Of a stretch of 64,000 nucleotides of DNA, positions 56,200 to 64,000 are shown one piece after another. Origin of the DNA: Elusimicrobiota bacterium (GTDB lineage: Bacteria > Elusimicrobiota > Elusimicrobia > UBA1565); contig JBDRPD010000083.1 in the NCBI GenBank assembly GCA_043827405.1, positions 160,001-224,000 on the forward strand. Reading direction: 5' to 3'. Numbering within the stretch: position 1 is the first letter of the stretch; each line of letters starts with the position of its first letter. The notes beneath the pieces are model-generated. The model saw nothing but the letters and a program-made list of their open reading frames with translations. It did not search any database and was not told the DNA's origin. The position numbers and the translations under genes are program-made.

Positions 56200-57627
56200 A
56201 TGAAAAAGAGTCTTTCACTGCTGATCTCCGTCGTTCTCCTGCTCCCCGGCTGTGCCTCCACCCCGCTGCCGGTGGATCCTTTCGGCGGACTGGTTCCCGA
56301 TTCTCCTTACAAGGACATGACCCTCGCCCTCATGATCTCCGAGAACACCAAGCAGGCCATCGAGTACGGCCGCATGGGCCGCAAGTGGGCCCGCAGGCTG
56401 GGCGGCTTTGATTTCGATCCGGAGGGACTCGCCGAAGACATCACCGGCATGCTCCAGCGAGACTTCAAGAAGGTCATCCGGGCCGAGCAGCTGGCGGATG
56501 CTGCTCCCGCGGGAGCCGACCTGGTCGCCGTCCTCGACATCAGGGCGCCGAAGTTCAAGGCCGACCTTCGCTACGCTTGGTGGCTCGCCTTTTTTCCCGC
56601 CTTCTGCCTCATCCTCGCGATCGGTCAACCCACGAAGATAACCGTGGACAACGGGGCCGTCTTCCTCACCCCTGACGGTCGGCAGGTGGAGTCCATCCGG
56701 GTCGTTCATCTTTATCGGCGGCTCGGCAAGATGGATGTTAAGATTCATAACGCCTACCTCCAGGCGCGCTACAACCTCGAGCGTGATATGCTGGCCTCCG
56801 AGACCCTGCGGAACTACGCTAAGTCGGTCCGCGCGCAGGGAGCGGCCGCCGCGGCCGCCGGGCTATCCGCAATCCACTCCGACGTGGACCGTCCCGCCTA
56901 CCTGCACCCGGTGGACGAGAATCTCTTCGCCGTCGTTATCGGCGTGGACGCCTATGACCATGCGCCGCGGGCTGAATACGGCGAGCGCGACGCGCAAGCG
57001 GTGCGCGACCACCTTCTCGCTCTGGGTTACCCGCAGCGCAATATCGCCTTTGCCACCGGAACGCGTGCGGGTCGGGCGGCCATCGAGAAATACGTCGAGT
57101 CGTGGCTGCCCGAGCGTGCGGGAGCCGGCGCCAAGGTGCTGTTCTACTTCGCCGGCCATGGCGCCCCGGACGTCTCGACCGGGGAGGCTTACCTCCTGCC
57201 GCATGACGGCGATCCCAAATTCCTGGGAAATACCGGCTATCCGGTGAAGCGGTTGTATGAAAAGCTCTCGGCGCTGAAAGCCGGGCAGGTCGTCGTGGCC
57301 ATGGACGCGGGCTTCTCGGGAACCGGGGGGCGCTCGGTGCTCCCCCAAGGCGCTCGTCCTCTTATCACCGAAGTGCGGGACCCCGTGCCCCAGAAGCTCG
57401 CAGTGCTTGAGGCCGCGTCTTCGTCGGAGATCGCCGGAGTCGCGCAGACGCAGGGTCACGGGCTGTGGACTTATCACTTTCTCAAGGCGCTGCAGGAGAC
57501 CAAGGGGAAAGCAGGACTCGGCGACCTGCATGAGCGGGCCGCCAAGGGAATAGCCGACGCGGCCCGGCGCGAAGGCCGCGATCAGACGCCGCGCCTGCTG
57601 CGGGGCCGCGGGGCAAGGTTGAGGTGA
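56200..57627 (+). CDS. Caspase-family lipoprotein lacking the catalytic Cys (pseudo-caspase)
   Basis: LPGC lipobox; FYFAGHG retained; MDAGFSG in place of LDACFSG. Confidence 0.88.
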   Translation: MKKSLSLLISVVLLLPGCASTPLPVDPFGGLVPDSPYKDMTLALMISENTKQAIEYGRMGRKWARRLGGFDFDPEGLAEDITGMLQRDFKKVIRAEQLADAAPAGADLVAVLDIRAPKFKADLRYAWWLAFFPAFCLILAIGQPTKITVDNGAVFLTPDGRQVESIRVVHLYRRLGKMDVKIHNAYLQARYNLERDMLASETLRNYAKSVRAQGAAAAAAGLSAIHSDVDRPAYLHPVDENLFAVVIGVDAYDHAPRAEYGERDAQAVRDHLLALGYPQRNIAFATGTRAGRAAIEKYVESWLPERAGAGAKVLFYFAGHGAPDVSTGEAYLLPHDGDPKFLGNTGYPVKRLYEKLSALKAGQVVVAMDAGFSGTGGRSVLPQGARPLITEVRDPVPQKLAVLEAASSSEIAGVAQTQGHGLWTYHFLKALQETKGKAGLGDLHERAAKGIADAARREGRDQTPRLLRGRGARLR

Positions 57628-57631
57628 GTCG

Positions 57632-58519
57632 ATGAAATACTGGATTATTCTGGCTGCCGCGGCCCTAAGCGCCTGCTTCCCGCCGCCGGCCACTCGCGAC
57701 CCGTTCGCCGGACTGGAGCTCGCCCCCGCCGCTCCCGGCGCCGCCGCTCCCAGGCGCAGCTACAGTTCGGATGCGGACGAGCCGAGCTACAAGCTTAAGG
57801 AGCAAGAGGACCGCTACGCCGTGGTAGTGGGGATCGAGGACTATGAGGGTCTGCCGAGCGCCGACTTTGCGGAGCGTGACGCGCGCTCGGTGAGGGCGCA
57901 TCTCCTCGCTCTTGGCTACCCCGAGAGGAACGTCGTCCTCCTCACCGGGCGTGCGGCCGGCCGGGCGGCGATCGAAAAATACGTGGAGTCATGGCTCCCC
58001 GACCGGGTGAATGATCGCTCGAGAGTCCTGTTCTACTTTTCGGGCCACGGCGCTCCGGACATCAAGTCGGGCTCCTCTTATCTTCTGCCCTGGGACGGCG
58101 ACCCGAAGTATCTCGGCAATACCGCCTATCCGCTCCGGCGCCTCTACAAGCAACTCGACTCCCTCCAGGCCCGGCAGGTGGTGGTGGCTCTCGACGCCTG
58201 CTTTTCGGGCGCCGGAGGCCGATCGGTCCTGCCGAAGGGAGCGCGGCCGCTGGTCATGAAAGTGGACGACGGATCGAAGGGTACCGGGCGGCTTGTCGTT
58301 CTGGCGGCTTCCCGCGGGGATGAAATCACCGGGAGCGACGAGAAGCAGGGCCACGGCCTGTTCACCTACTATCTTCTTAGCGGGCTGAACAATCGCCGGA
58401 CTTCGGTGCAGGCCCTGTACGAGTATCTGACGCCCCTCGTTCGCGACGCCGCGCGCGCCGACAACCGTGATCAGACCCCGCAGCTTCTCGGCCCGGCGCA
58501 AGGCGTCGACCTCCGGTAG
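57632..58519 (+). CDS. Caspase-family lipoprotein, catalytic dyad intact
   Basis: LSAC lipobox; FYFSGHG, LDACFSG. Confidence 0.9.
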   Translation: MKYWIILAAAALSACFPPPATRDPFAGLELAPAAPGAAAPRRSYSSDADEPSYKLKEQEDRYAVVVGIEDYEGLPSADFAERDARSVRAHLLALGYPERNVVLLTGRAAGRAAIEKYVESWLPDRVNDRSRVLFYFSGHGAPDIKSGSSYLLPWDGDPKYLGNTAYPLRRLYKQLDSLQARQVVVALDACFSGAGGRSVLPKGARPLVMKVDDGSKGTGRLVVLAASRGDEITGSDEKQGHGLFTYYLLSGLNNRRTSVQALYEYLTPLVRDAARADNRDQTPQLLGPAQGVDLR

Positions 58520-58570
58520 GCCGAAGCGGCAAGTATTGCCCGGCGGCGAAAAAAACGATATATTCGCGGC

Positions 58571-59233
58571 ATGAGCGCGAGCCCGAACAAATGCCCCAAA
58601 TGCGGCGGCCTACGCGGCCAGTGGGACCGCGAGTGCCGCGCCTGCGGCTTCGTCTACGCCGAGATCGAGAAGGTGAAAGAGGTCGAGGCGCGGAAAATAC
58701 AGGAGCTGGCCGCCGGCTGTCCGGCCTGCAAGGCTCCGCGCAAGGAAGGGGATGTCGACTGCCCGCAGTGCGGCGTCGTCTACGCCAAGATCAAGGCCCG
58801 CGAGGACGCGGCGCGCAAGGCCGATGAGGAGCGGGTCGCGGCCATCCGCGGCGAGGCCGAGAATAGGAGTTCGGTGGATGTCTCCTCTACTTTGCGAGAG
58901 CTGGGCCCCGGTCCGGAGGGGCCGCAGAAGCAGCGGCCGGGCTGCCTGACGGCGATCCTTTTCATGATGATCGTCGTCAACAGCCTCGGCGGCATCGGGG
59001 CCGTCATGATGGGCAAGCCCCTCTATATCCTGTCGTCGGGGTCGCTGGTGCTCTTCGCGATCGCGGCGCTCATGTGGAAGCGCTGGGGCGTGATCGGCAT
59101 CTACTTCCTCTACGTGATCGACATGATCATGATTTTCGTGCTCGGGGTGCCCAAGTTCTTCATCGTCTGGGACATCGTCGGGCTCGCCGTTTTCATGAGC
59201 TTCGTCCGGCCCGTTCTGTATCACTTCGAATAG
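58571..59233 (+). CDS. Zinc-ribbon membrane protein
   Basis: Four CxxC pairs and 4 C-terminal TM helices; TTGCCC-N17-TATATT-N6-ATG upstream. Confidence 0.78.
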   Translation: MSASPNKCPKCGGLRGQWDRECRACGFVYAEIEKVKEVEARKIQELAAGCPACKAPRKEGDVDCPQCGVVYAKIKAREDAARKADEERVAAIRGEAENRSSVDVSSTLRELGPGPEGPQKQRPGCLTAILFMMIVVNSLGGIGAVMMGKPLYILSSGSLVLFAIAALMWKRWGVIGIYFLYVIDMIMIFVLGVPKFFIVWDIVGLAVFMSFVRPVLYHFE

Positions 59234-59247
59234 CGTCTTTGGGCCGC

Positions 59248-59281
59248 TTGACAGATAGGATTACATCTGTAATCCTATCTG
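59248..59281 (+). promoter_or_regulatory. lexA promoter with a perfect 14-bp inverted-repeat operator
   Basis: TTGACA at 59248; CAGATAGGATTACA-TC-TGTAATCCTATCTG at 59252-59281. Confidence 0.85.
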
Positions 59282-59285
59282 GGAT

Positions 59286-59900
59286 ATGGCCAAAGACCTG
59301 ACCGGACGCCAGCGCAGCATTCTCGACTTCATCGCCAAAAGCGTGCGCGAGGCCGGCGTGACGCCGACCTTGCGTGAGATCGCCCGGCATTTTTCGGTGA
59401 CGGCCGGCGGGGTGCAGAAACAAATCCGGGCGTTGGAGGCCAAGGGGGTCCTGCGGCGGACGCCGGGCGCGGCGCGAGGGCTGCGGGTCGCCGCGCGGCG
59501 GGAGACGGATATGCCGCCGCGCCTGCCGGTCCTCGGCTTCGTCCCGGCCGGCGTTCCGGCCGAAGCGATCGAGAACGTGGAAGGGTATCTGAGCCTCGAC
59601 TCCGCGGTGGCCAAAAACGCCGACTATCTGCTGCGCATCAAGGGCGACAGCATGGCCGACGAGTTCCTGCCCGGCGATCTGGTCTTCGTGCGCCAGACCG
59701 CGACCGCGGACAACGGCGACGCGGTCATCGCCCGCGTCGAGGGCGACGAGGCCACGGTCAAGCGCTTGCGCCGGAGCGGCCGGGAGAGTTGGCTTGAGCC
59801 GGCCAATCCCCGCTATCCGCCGCTGCGGGACAAGCCGTTTGCGATCATCGGCAAGGTCGTGGGACTGGTGCGGAGCTATGGGCGTCGAAAAGGTCGATGA
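59286..59900 (+). CDS. lexA: LexA repressor
   Basis: LT.RQ..ILDFI..PTLREIA wHTH, VPAG cleavage site, GDSM Ser, TVKR Lys. Confidence 0.95.
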   Translation: MAKDLTGRQRSILDFIAKSVREAGVTPTLREIARHFSVTAGGVQKQIRALEAKGVLRRTPGAARGLRVAARRETDMPPRLPVLGFVPAGVPAEAIENVEGYLSLDSAVAKNADYLLRIKGDSMADEFLPGDLVFVRQTATADNGDAVIARVEGDEATVKRLRRSGRESWLEPANPRYPPLRDKPFAIIGKVVGLVRSYGRRKGR

Positions 59901-60126
59901 GCCGGTAAAGGTCGGCGCCGTCTTCAGCGGCAGCAGCATCCTGCCGAAGTGGTTCGTCTGGTCCCGCCGCAAGTACACGGTCGAGTCCGTGGATATGATG
60001 TGGAAAGGCCTGCTCGGTGATGTCCCGGTTCGCTATTTTTCCGTTTCGGACGGCGCCAATACCTATCAGCTGCGGCTCAACCAGAAGACGCTCGAATGGC
60101 GTCTCGAGCGGGTCCACTCCCGTTAG
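59878..60126 (+). CDS. 82-aa beta-rich accessory protein (DUF6504/ImuB-C-terminal-like)
   Basis: EPVKV..P.WF.W..R.Y.V..W..YFSV.DG...Y.L......W.L; overlaps the lexA end. Confidence 0.75.
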   Translation: MGVEKVDEPVKVGAVFSGSSILPKWFVWSRRKYTVESVDMMWKGLLGDVPVRYFSVSDGANTYQLRLNQKTLEWRLERVHSR

Positions 60127-60137
60127 GCGGCGGATCG

Positions 60138-61355
60138 ATGCGGCCGCGCGTGATCCTGCATGCCGACATGAACGCCTACTTCGCCTCGGTGGAGCAGAAG
60201 GCGAACCCCCGGCTGCGCGGCCGGCCGATCGTCATTGTCGGCGACCTCCGGCGCCGCAGCGTGGTGCTCACCTCGAGCTATGAGGCCCGCGCCTATGGGG
60301 TGAAGACCGGGATGCTGTTCTGGGAGGCCAAGCGGCTCTGCCCGCAAGTGATCCCCGTCGTCGGCGATCCGGGCAAGTACCGCGCGCAGACCCGGGAGAT
60401 CATCGCCCTTCTCGAGCGCTACACCGACCGGCTTGAAGTGGCCTCGATCGACGAAGGCTACCTGGACGTGACGGGAAGCCTGCGGCTGTTTAAGACCGAC
60501 GGCCGGGGAATAGCGCAGCTGATTCAAACGGAGATCCGGGATAAGCTGGAGCTGCCCTGCTCGATCGGCGTGGCGCCCAACAAGCTGCTGGCGAAGCTGG
60601 GCTCGAATATGAAAAAGCCCATGGGCATCGCGGTCATCCGGGCCGAGGATGTGGCGGGCCTGATGGAGAACCTTCCGGTCGAGGAGCTGTGCGGGATCGG
60701 CCCGCGGTTTAAAGAGCGCCTAAACCGGATCGGCATCCGGACCTGCGGGCAGCTCGGCGCGGCTGCACGCTCTCTCCTGGAAGGCGAGTTCGGCTTCTGG
60801 GGCTACTGGATGGGGCGCTGGGGCCGGGGCGAAGACGACCGCCCGGTGGTGCGGGCCGACGAGGATGAAGCGGTCAAGAGCGTGGGGCACAGCACCACCC
60901 TGCCGCGCGATACCGTCGACCCCAAGATCATATACGCTTTTCTGCTGCTGCTGGCGGAGAAGGTCGGGGTTCGCCTGCGCCGCGCCGGGCTTAAGGGACG
61001 GACGGTGACGCTCACCATCCGTGACGCTGATTTCCATACCCGCTCGATGAGCCGCACGGTCGGCGAGCATCTGGCGGACGGGCCGGCGATCGCGCAGACG
61101 GCGCGCCGGACCCTGCGCGATCTTTGGGCCGGGGAGCCGCTGCGCCTGCTGGGAATCGGCGTCTCGAAGCTCATCGCCCATGCGGATCAGGCCTACCTCC
61201 TGGGGGGGCTGGAGAAAGAGCGGCGTCTGGTGCGCGCTATGGACGCGATCAACGAGAAGTACGGGCGCCGGACTTTGCGCCGCGCCGCCGTACTGGATGC
61301 CGAAGACTTCGGCGTGCTCGAGCCTCCCATCCCGCCGCAGATGCGGGCCAGTTAA
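60138..61355 (+). CDS. dinB: Y-family DNA polymerase (DinB/Pol IV-like) with C-terminal RecA-NT-like tail
   Basis: HADMNAYFASVE, SYEAR..GV, SIDEGYLD, NKLLAK; tail QAYLL..AMDAINEKYG. Confidence 0.93.
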   Translation: MRPRVILHADMNAYFASVEQKANPRLRGRPIVIVGDLRRRSVVLTSSYEARAYGVKTGMLFWEAKRLCPQVIPVVGDPGKYRAQTREIIALLERYTDRLEVASIDEGYLDVTGSLRLFKTDGRGIAQLIQTEIRDKLELPCSIGVAPNKLLAKLGSNMKKPMGIAVIRAEDVAGLMENLPVEELCGIGPRFKERLNRIGIRTCGQLGAAARSLLEGEFGFWGYWMGRWGRGEDDRPVVRADEDEAVKSVGHSTTLPRDTVDPKIIYAFLLLLAEKVGVRLRRAGLKGRTVTLTIRDADFHTRSMSRTVGEHLADGPAIAQTARRTLRDLWAGEPLRLLGIGVSKLIAHADQAYLLGGLEKERRLVRAMDAINEKYGRRTLRRAAVLDAEDFGVLEPPIPPQMRAS

Positions 61356-61406
61356 TACTTTTGATATGGCGCGGCCCGTGCCAACCGGGTATCCTATCAG
61401 GGGAAA

Positions 61407-62639
61407 ATGGCTGGTTATCTCGCGTTTATTTCGCGCCACAGCGGCGCCATCCTCGCGGCATTGGGAGGGCTGGCGGTTCTGGGCGGCATATTGTTTTTTT
61501 ACGGCCGCCGCCGGTGGGCCCGCTACGTGGAAGAGCGGGAGACGCTCTATCAGCCTTTGCTGCTGATGGCGATCGCCAACGAAGAGGGGGGCAAGCTCGG
61601 TCCGCCTTTCGACGATGCGCGCCGGCTCGGCGACTGGACGATCGTGGAGAATGCGCTGTTCAATTGGTCGGAGAGTTTGACCGGCTTCTCGCATAAGGGC
61701 TTTCGCCGCATCTTCGATCTCAACGGCTTCGGCGAATACGAACGGGGACGTCTGGAGAGCCTGTTTCCCTCCGTTCGCGCCCAGGCCGCCCATCGGCTCG
61801 GCAAGATGATCTACTTCAAGGCCATCCCGGACCTGCTGCCCATGCTGCGCGACCGCTCGGCGGAGGTGCGGCGCCGGGTTTCCTGGTCCCTGGCCAAGAT
61901 GGGCCAGTCGGACGCGACCGGGCTGTTCGTAACCTCGTCGCGGCCCGATATCGTTGTTGAGGATGCGGGCAAGTCCACCGGCGCCATCACCGGGCGCTTT
62001 TTGTGGGAGGACGGGGAGCCGATCGTTATCGGCAATAAAGAAGAGACGGACTACCTCATCCACCGCGAGGGCGGGATGCACGGCGACGTGCGGAACATGC
62101 CGATTACGGGCTATGGGGGACGGGAGCTCAAGGGCGGCGCCTGGCAGACGTACACGAAGGAGTACCGGCTGCAGAATATCCCGCCGACCCGGCCCGCCGT
62201 CGTGAAGTCCGTCCTCAAGCAGGGGGTCGGCAAGTACTACGTCGTGCTGCACCGGCAGCGCGAGAGCATCACGGTCCGGGCGGGCAGCCTGACCCAGAAC
62301 GTCGACTTCGTCTTCCCCCGCATCAAGGACCCGGACGACCGGGCTTCGGTCGTTGGTAAGCTTATTTATTCCGGAGTGCTCAAGCCCGGCTACAGCGACG
62401 GTTCTACCGGCGGCCGGGTGAAGGCCGTGGTCTACCTGCGCGGAGAGCGCTCGGGGTTCTACTCCGGCTACCTTTCTTTCTGGGAGCTGGACAGCTATCG
62501 CCTGCACGAGGTCCCGGGAGGGCGCTACCACATAAAAGCGACCGTCGCCGCCTACGAATACACCGGGATCGTAGTCATCCCCGACGCCCAGCCGCATACG
62601 CTGGATCTGACGCTCACTCTTGCTGCACGCCCTGGATAG
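61407..62639 (+). CDS. Membrane-anchored HEAT-repeat protein with beta-rich C-terminal domains
   Basis: N-terminal TM; VRAQAAHRLG and VRRRVSWSLAKMG HEAT-like repeats. Confidence 0.7.
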   Translation: MAGYLAFISRHSGAILAALGGLAVLGGILFFYGRRRWARYVEERETLYQPLLLMAIANEEGGKLGPPFDDARRLGDWTIVENALFNWSESLTGFSHKGFRRIFDLNGFGEYERGRLESLFPSVRAQAAHRLGKMIYFKAIPDLLPMLRDRSAEVRRRVSWSLAKMGQSDATGLFVTSSRPDIVVEDAGKSTGAITGRFLWEDGEPIVIGNKEETDYLIHREGGMHGDVRNMPITGYGGRELKGGAWQTYTKEYRLQNIPPTRPAVVKSVLKQGVGKYYVVLHRQRESITVRAGSLTQNVDFVFPRIKDPDDRASVVGKLIYSGVLKPGYSDGSTGGRVKAVVYLRGERSGFYSGYLSFWELDSYRLHEVPGGRYHIKATVAAYEYTGIVVIPDAQPHTLDLTLTLAARPG

Positions 62640-64000
62640 CTTCCAGGTCCCGGCGGATCTCCGGATTCCTCCGGTCGAGGAGGGCGGCGTTGCGCAGGGC
62701 GTGCAGCGTTTCCCGCTTGCCCTGCATCCGGAGATACTTGCTGAGCTCCCACCACAGGACGCCGTTGAGCCGGTCGAGTTGGATCGCGGCTTCCTGGTGC
62801 TCGACCGCCTGGTCGAGCCGCCACGTGTCCCCGGCGGCCTCGAAACGCGCGTAGAGAACACGCGCTTGACCGCGCCGCGCTTCAGCCGACAGGGAATCAA
62901 TCCCCGCCGCGCCGGCATAGGCGCTTAGCGCGGCGTCCAGGTCGCCGGCGCGCAGCCTTTCTCCGGCATAGACGCAGTTGCGGCTGGCGAAGAACGGCGA
63001 CGCGATATAGGGGACGGCGCAGACCGCCGCCAAGACCGCGGCGATGATGATTGTGCGGCGCGGCTTGAAGAGCGCGGAGGCCGCGGGCGCCGCCGCCGCC
63101 GCCAGGAAGACCCAAAACGCCGCCAGGTTGACCCAATACTCGACGCTCAGGCTGATAAGGCCGAAGAGCGCGAACAGCGCCAGCCCCGTTAGGTAGGGAA
63201 GGCGCTGCTCGAGAACCTCTCGGCAGCGGATGCGGCGCAGCCATAAGAGCAGAAACGCCGACAGCCCAAGCACCCCGGCCAGCCCGCTTTCGGCGAGCAG
63301 CGTCAGCGGGAAGCTGTGGGCGAACAAGGTATGCTGGCCGCCGGCCTGGTAGGCGAGATAGGCGCTGGGAAAGTTGCCGAGCCCCACGCCCAGCCATGGA
63401 TGGTCGAAAAACATCCGCATTCCGCTCCACCACCAGCCGAGACGGCGCAGATTTTCTCCCGGCTCGAGCGGGTAGCCGCCGAGATTCAGCGTGCCGAGAA
63501 ACTTATAGCCGACGGCGGCGGCCAAGAGCAGCGGAATCGTCAGCAGGAGCGCGGTATGCCGTTTATTGCGGCGGTCGCGATAGCGGACCGCGGCGGCGGC
63601 GGCGGCGATGCCGACGCATACCAGCGCCCAGGTGCTGTAGACGAAGATCAGCGCGATCCCGGCCGCGGCGAGGCCGAGCCGCCAGACGTAGCGCAGCGGC
63701 TGCGCGCTGTTCCAGGTCGCATGCACGCGTGCGGCCAGCGGGGGGAGCCAGAGGATGAGAAAAGCCGCCGCGATATTGGAGTTTACCAAGGTCCCCGCCG
63801 GCTGCTCGCGAAAAAACGAGCCGACGCACTGCTGATACAGGATCATGGCCGCCTGCACGCACAATACGGGGACCATGCCGGCGAGAAAGATCTCCAGCGC
63901 GCGTCGGGTCCGCAGGACGTGCAGGGAAATCCAAAATAGCGCCATACAGGAAAGCCAGTCCAGCCAGCGCAGATAGGCTTCGCCCGGCCGCACCGCGTGC
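62614..64000 (-). CDS. O-antigen ligase family protein with TPR (5' truncated by the window edge)
   Basis: GTLVNSN, R..WW, HPWLGVGLGNF, FAHS..L..LAESG; frame open to the window end. Confidence 0.85.
   Translation of the reverse strand, partial: HAVRPGEAYLRWLDWLSCMALFWISLHVLRTRRALEIFLAGMVPVLCVQAAMILYQQCVGSFFREQPAGTLVNSNIAAAFLILWLPPLAARVHATWNSAQPLRYVWRLGLAAAGIALIFVYSTWALVCVGIAAAAAAVRYRDRRNKRHTALLLTIPLLLAAAVGYKFLGTLNLGGYPLEPGENLRRLGWWWSGMRMFFDHPWLGVGLGNFPSAYLAYQAGGQHTLFAHSFPLTLLAESGLAGVLGLSAFLLLWLRRIRCREVLEQRLPYLTGLALFALFGLISLSVEYWVNLAAFWVFLAAAAAPAASALFKPRRTIIIAAVLAAVCAVPYIASPFFASRNCVYAGERLRAGDLDAALSAYAGAAGIDSLSAEARRGQARVLYARFEAAGDTWRLDQAVEHQEAAIQLDRLNGVLWWELSKYLRMQGKRETLHALRNAALLDRRNPEIRRDLEAIQGVQQE

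Noticed and set aside
60720..62918. 732-aa minus-strand ORF
   Set aside because: Antisense to dinB and the HEAT gene; no motifs.

Overview
A GC-rich bacterial chromosomal window with about 60 CDSs and two tRNAs. Gene content tentatively suggests Elusimicrobiota; this is inference only. No CRISPR array, integrase, transposase or prophage gene was recognised. Housekeeping genes (radA-yacL, cysS-rlmB, tRNA-Asp, tRNA-Val) are interleaved with several accessory blocks. These are: a minus-strand envelope operon (Yip1, duplicated Tim44/Zn-ribbon/TerB protein, NfeD, SPFH, MltD, TPR-pseudokinase); glutathionylspermidine synthetase/amidase; an ATPase-MscS pair; an HTH/nucleotidyltransferase toxin-antitoxin-like pair with a perfect palindromic operator; metal and redox genes (CDF, zupT, cupin-hemerythrin, csoR-copA, sodB); an NhaR-like locus with a GT4/GH130 pair; a HasA-like synthase; three caspase-family lipoproteins, one lacking the catalytic Cys; and a lexA-small protein-PolY cassette with a non-canonical operator. 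The most unusual signals are a 109-bp tandem array built from hairpins plus the 5' end of tRNA-Val, a secreted protein with eight 12-aa YWQTG repeats, and a recurrent upstream DNA motif before four secreted-protein genes, two of which also share an N-terminal FDQGV peptide. Family calls come from motif recognition by eye, not from database searches.
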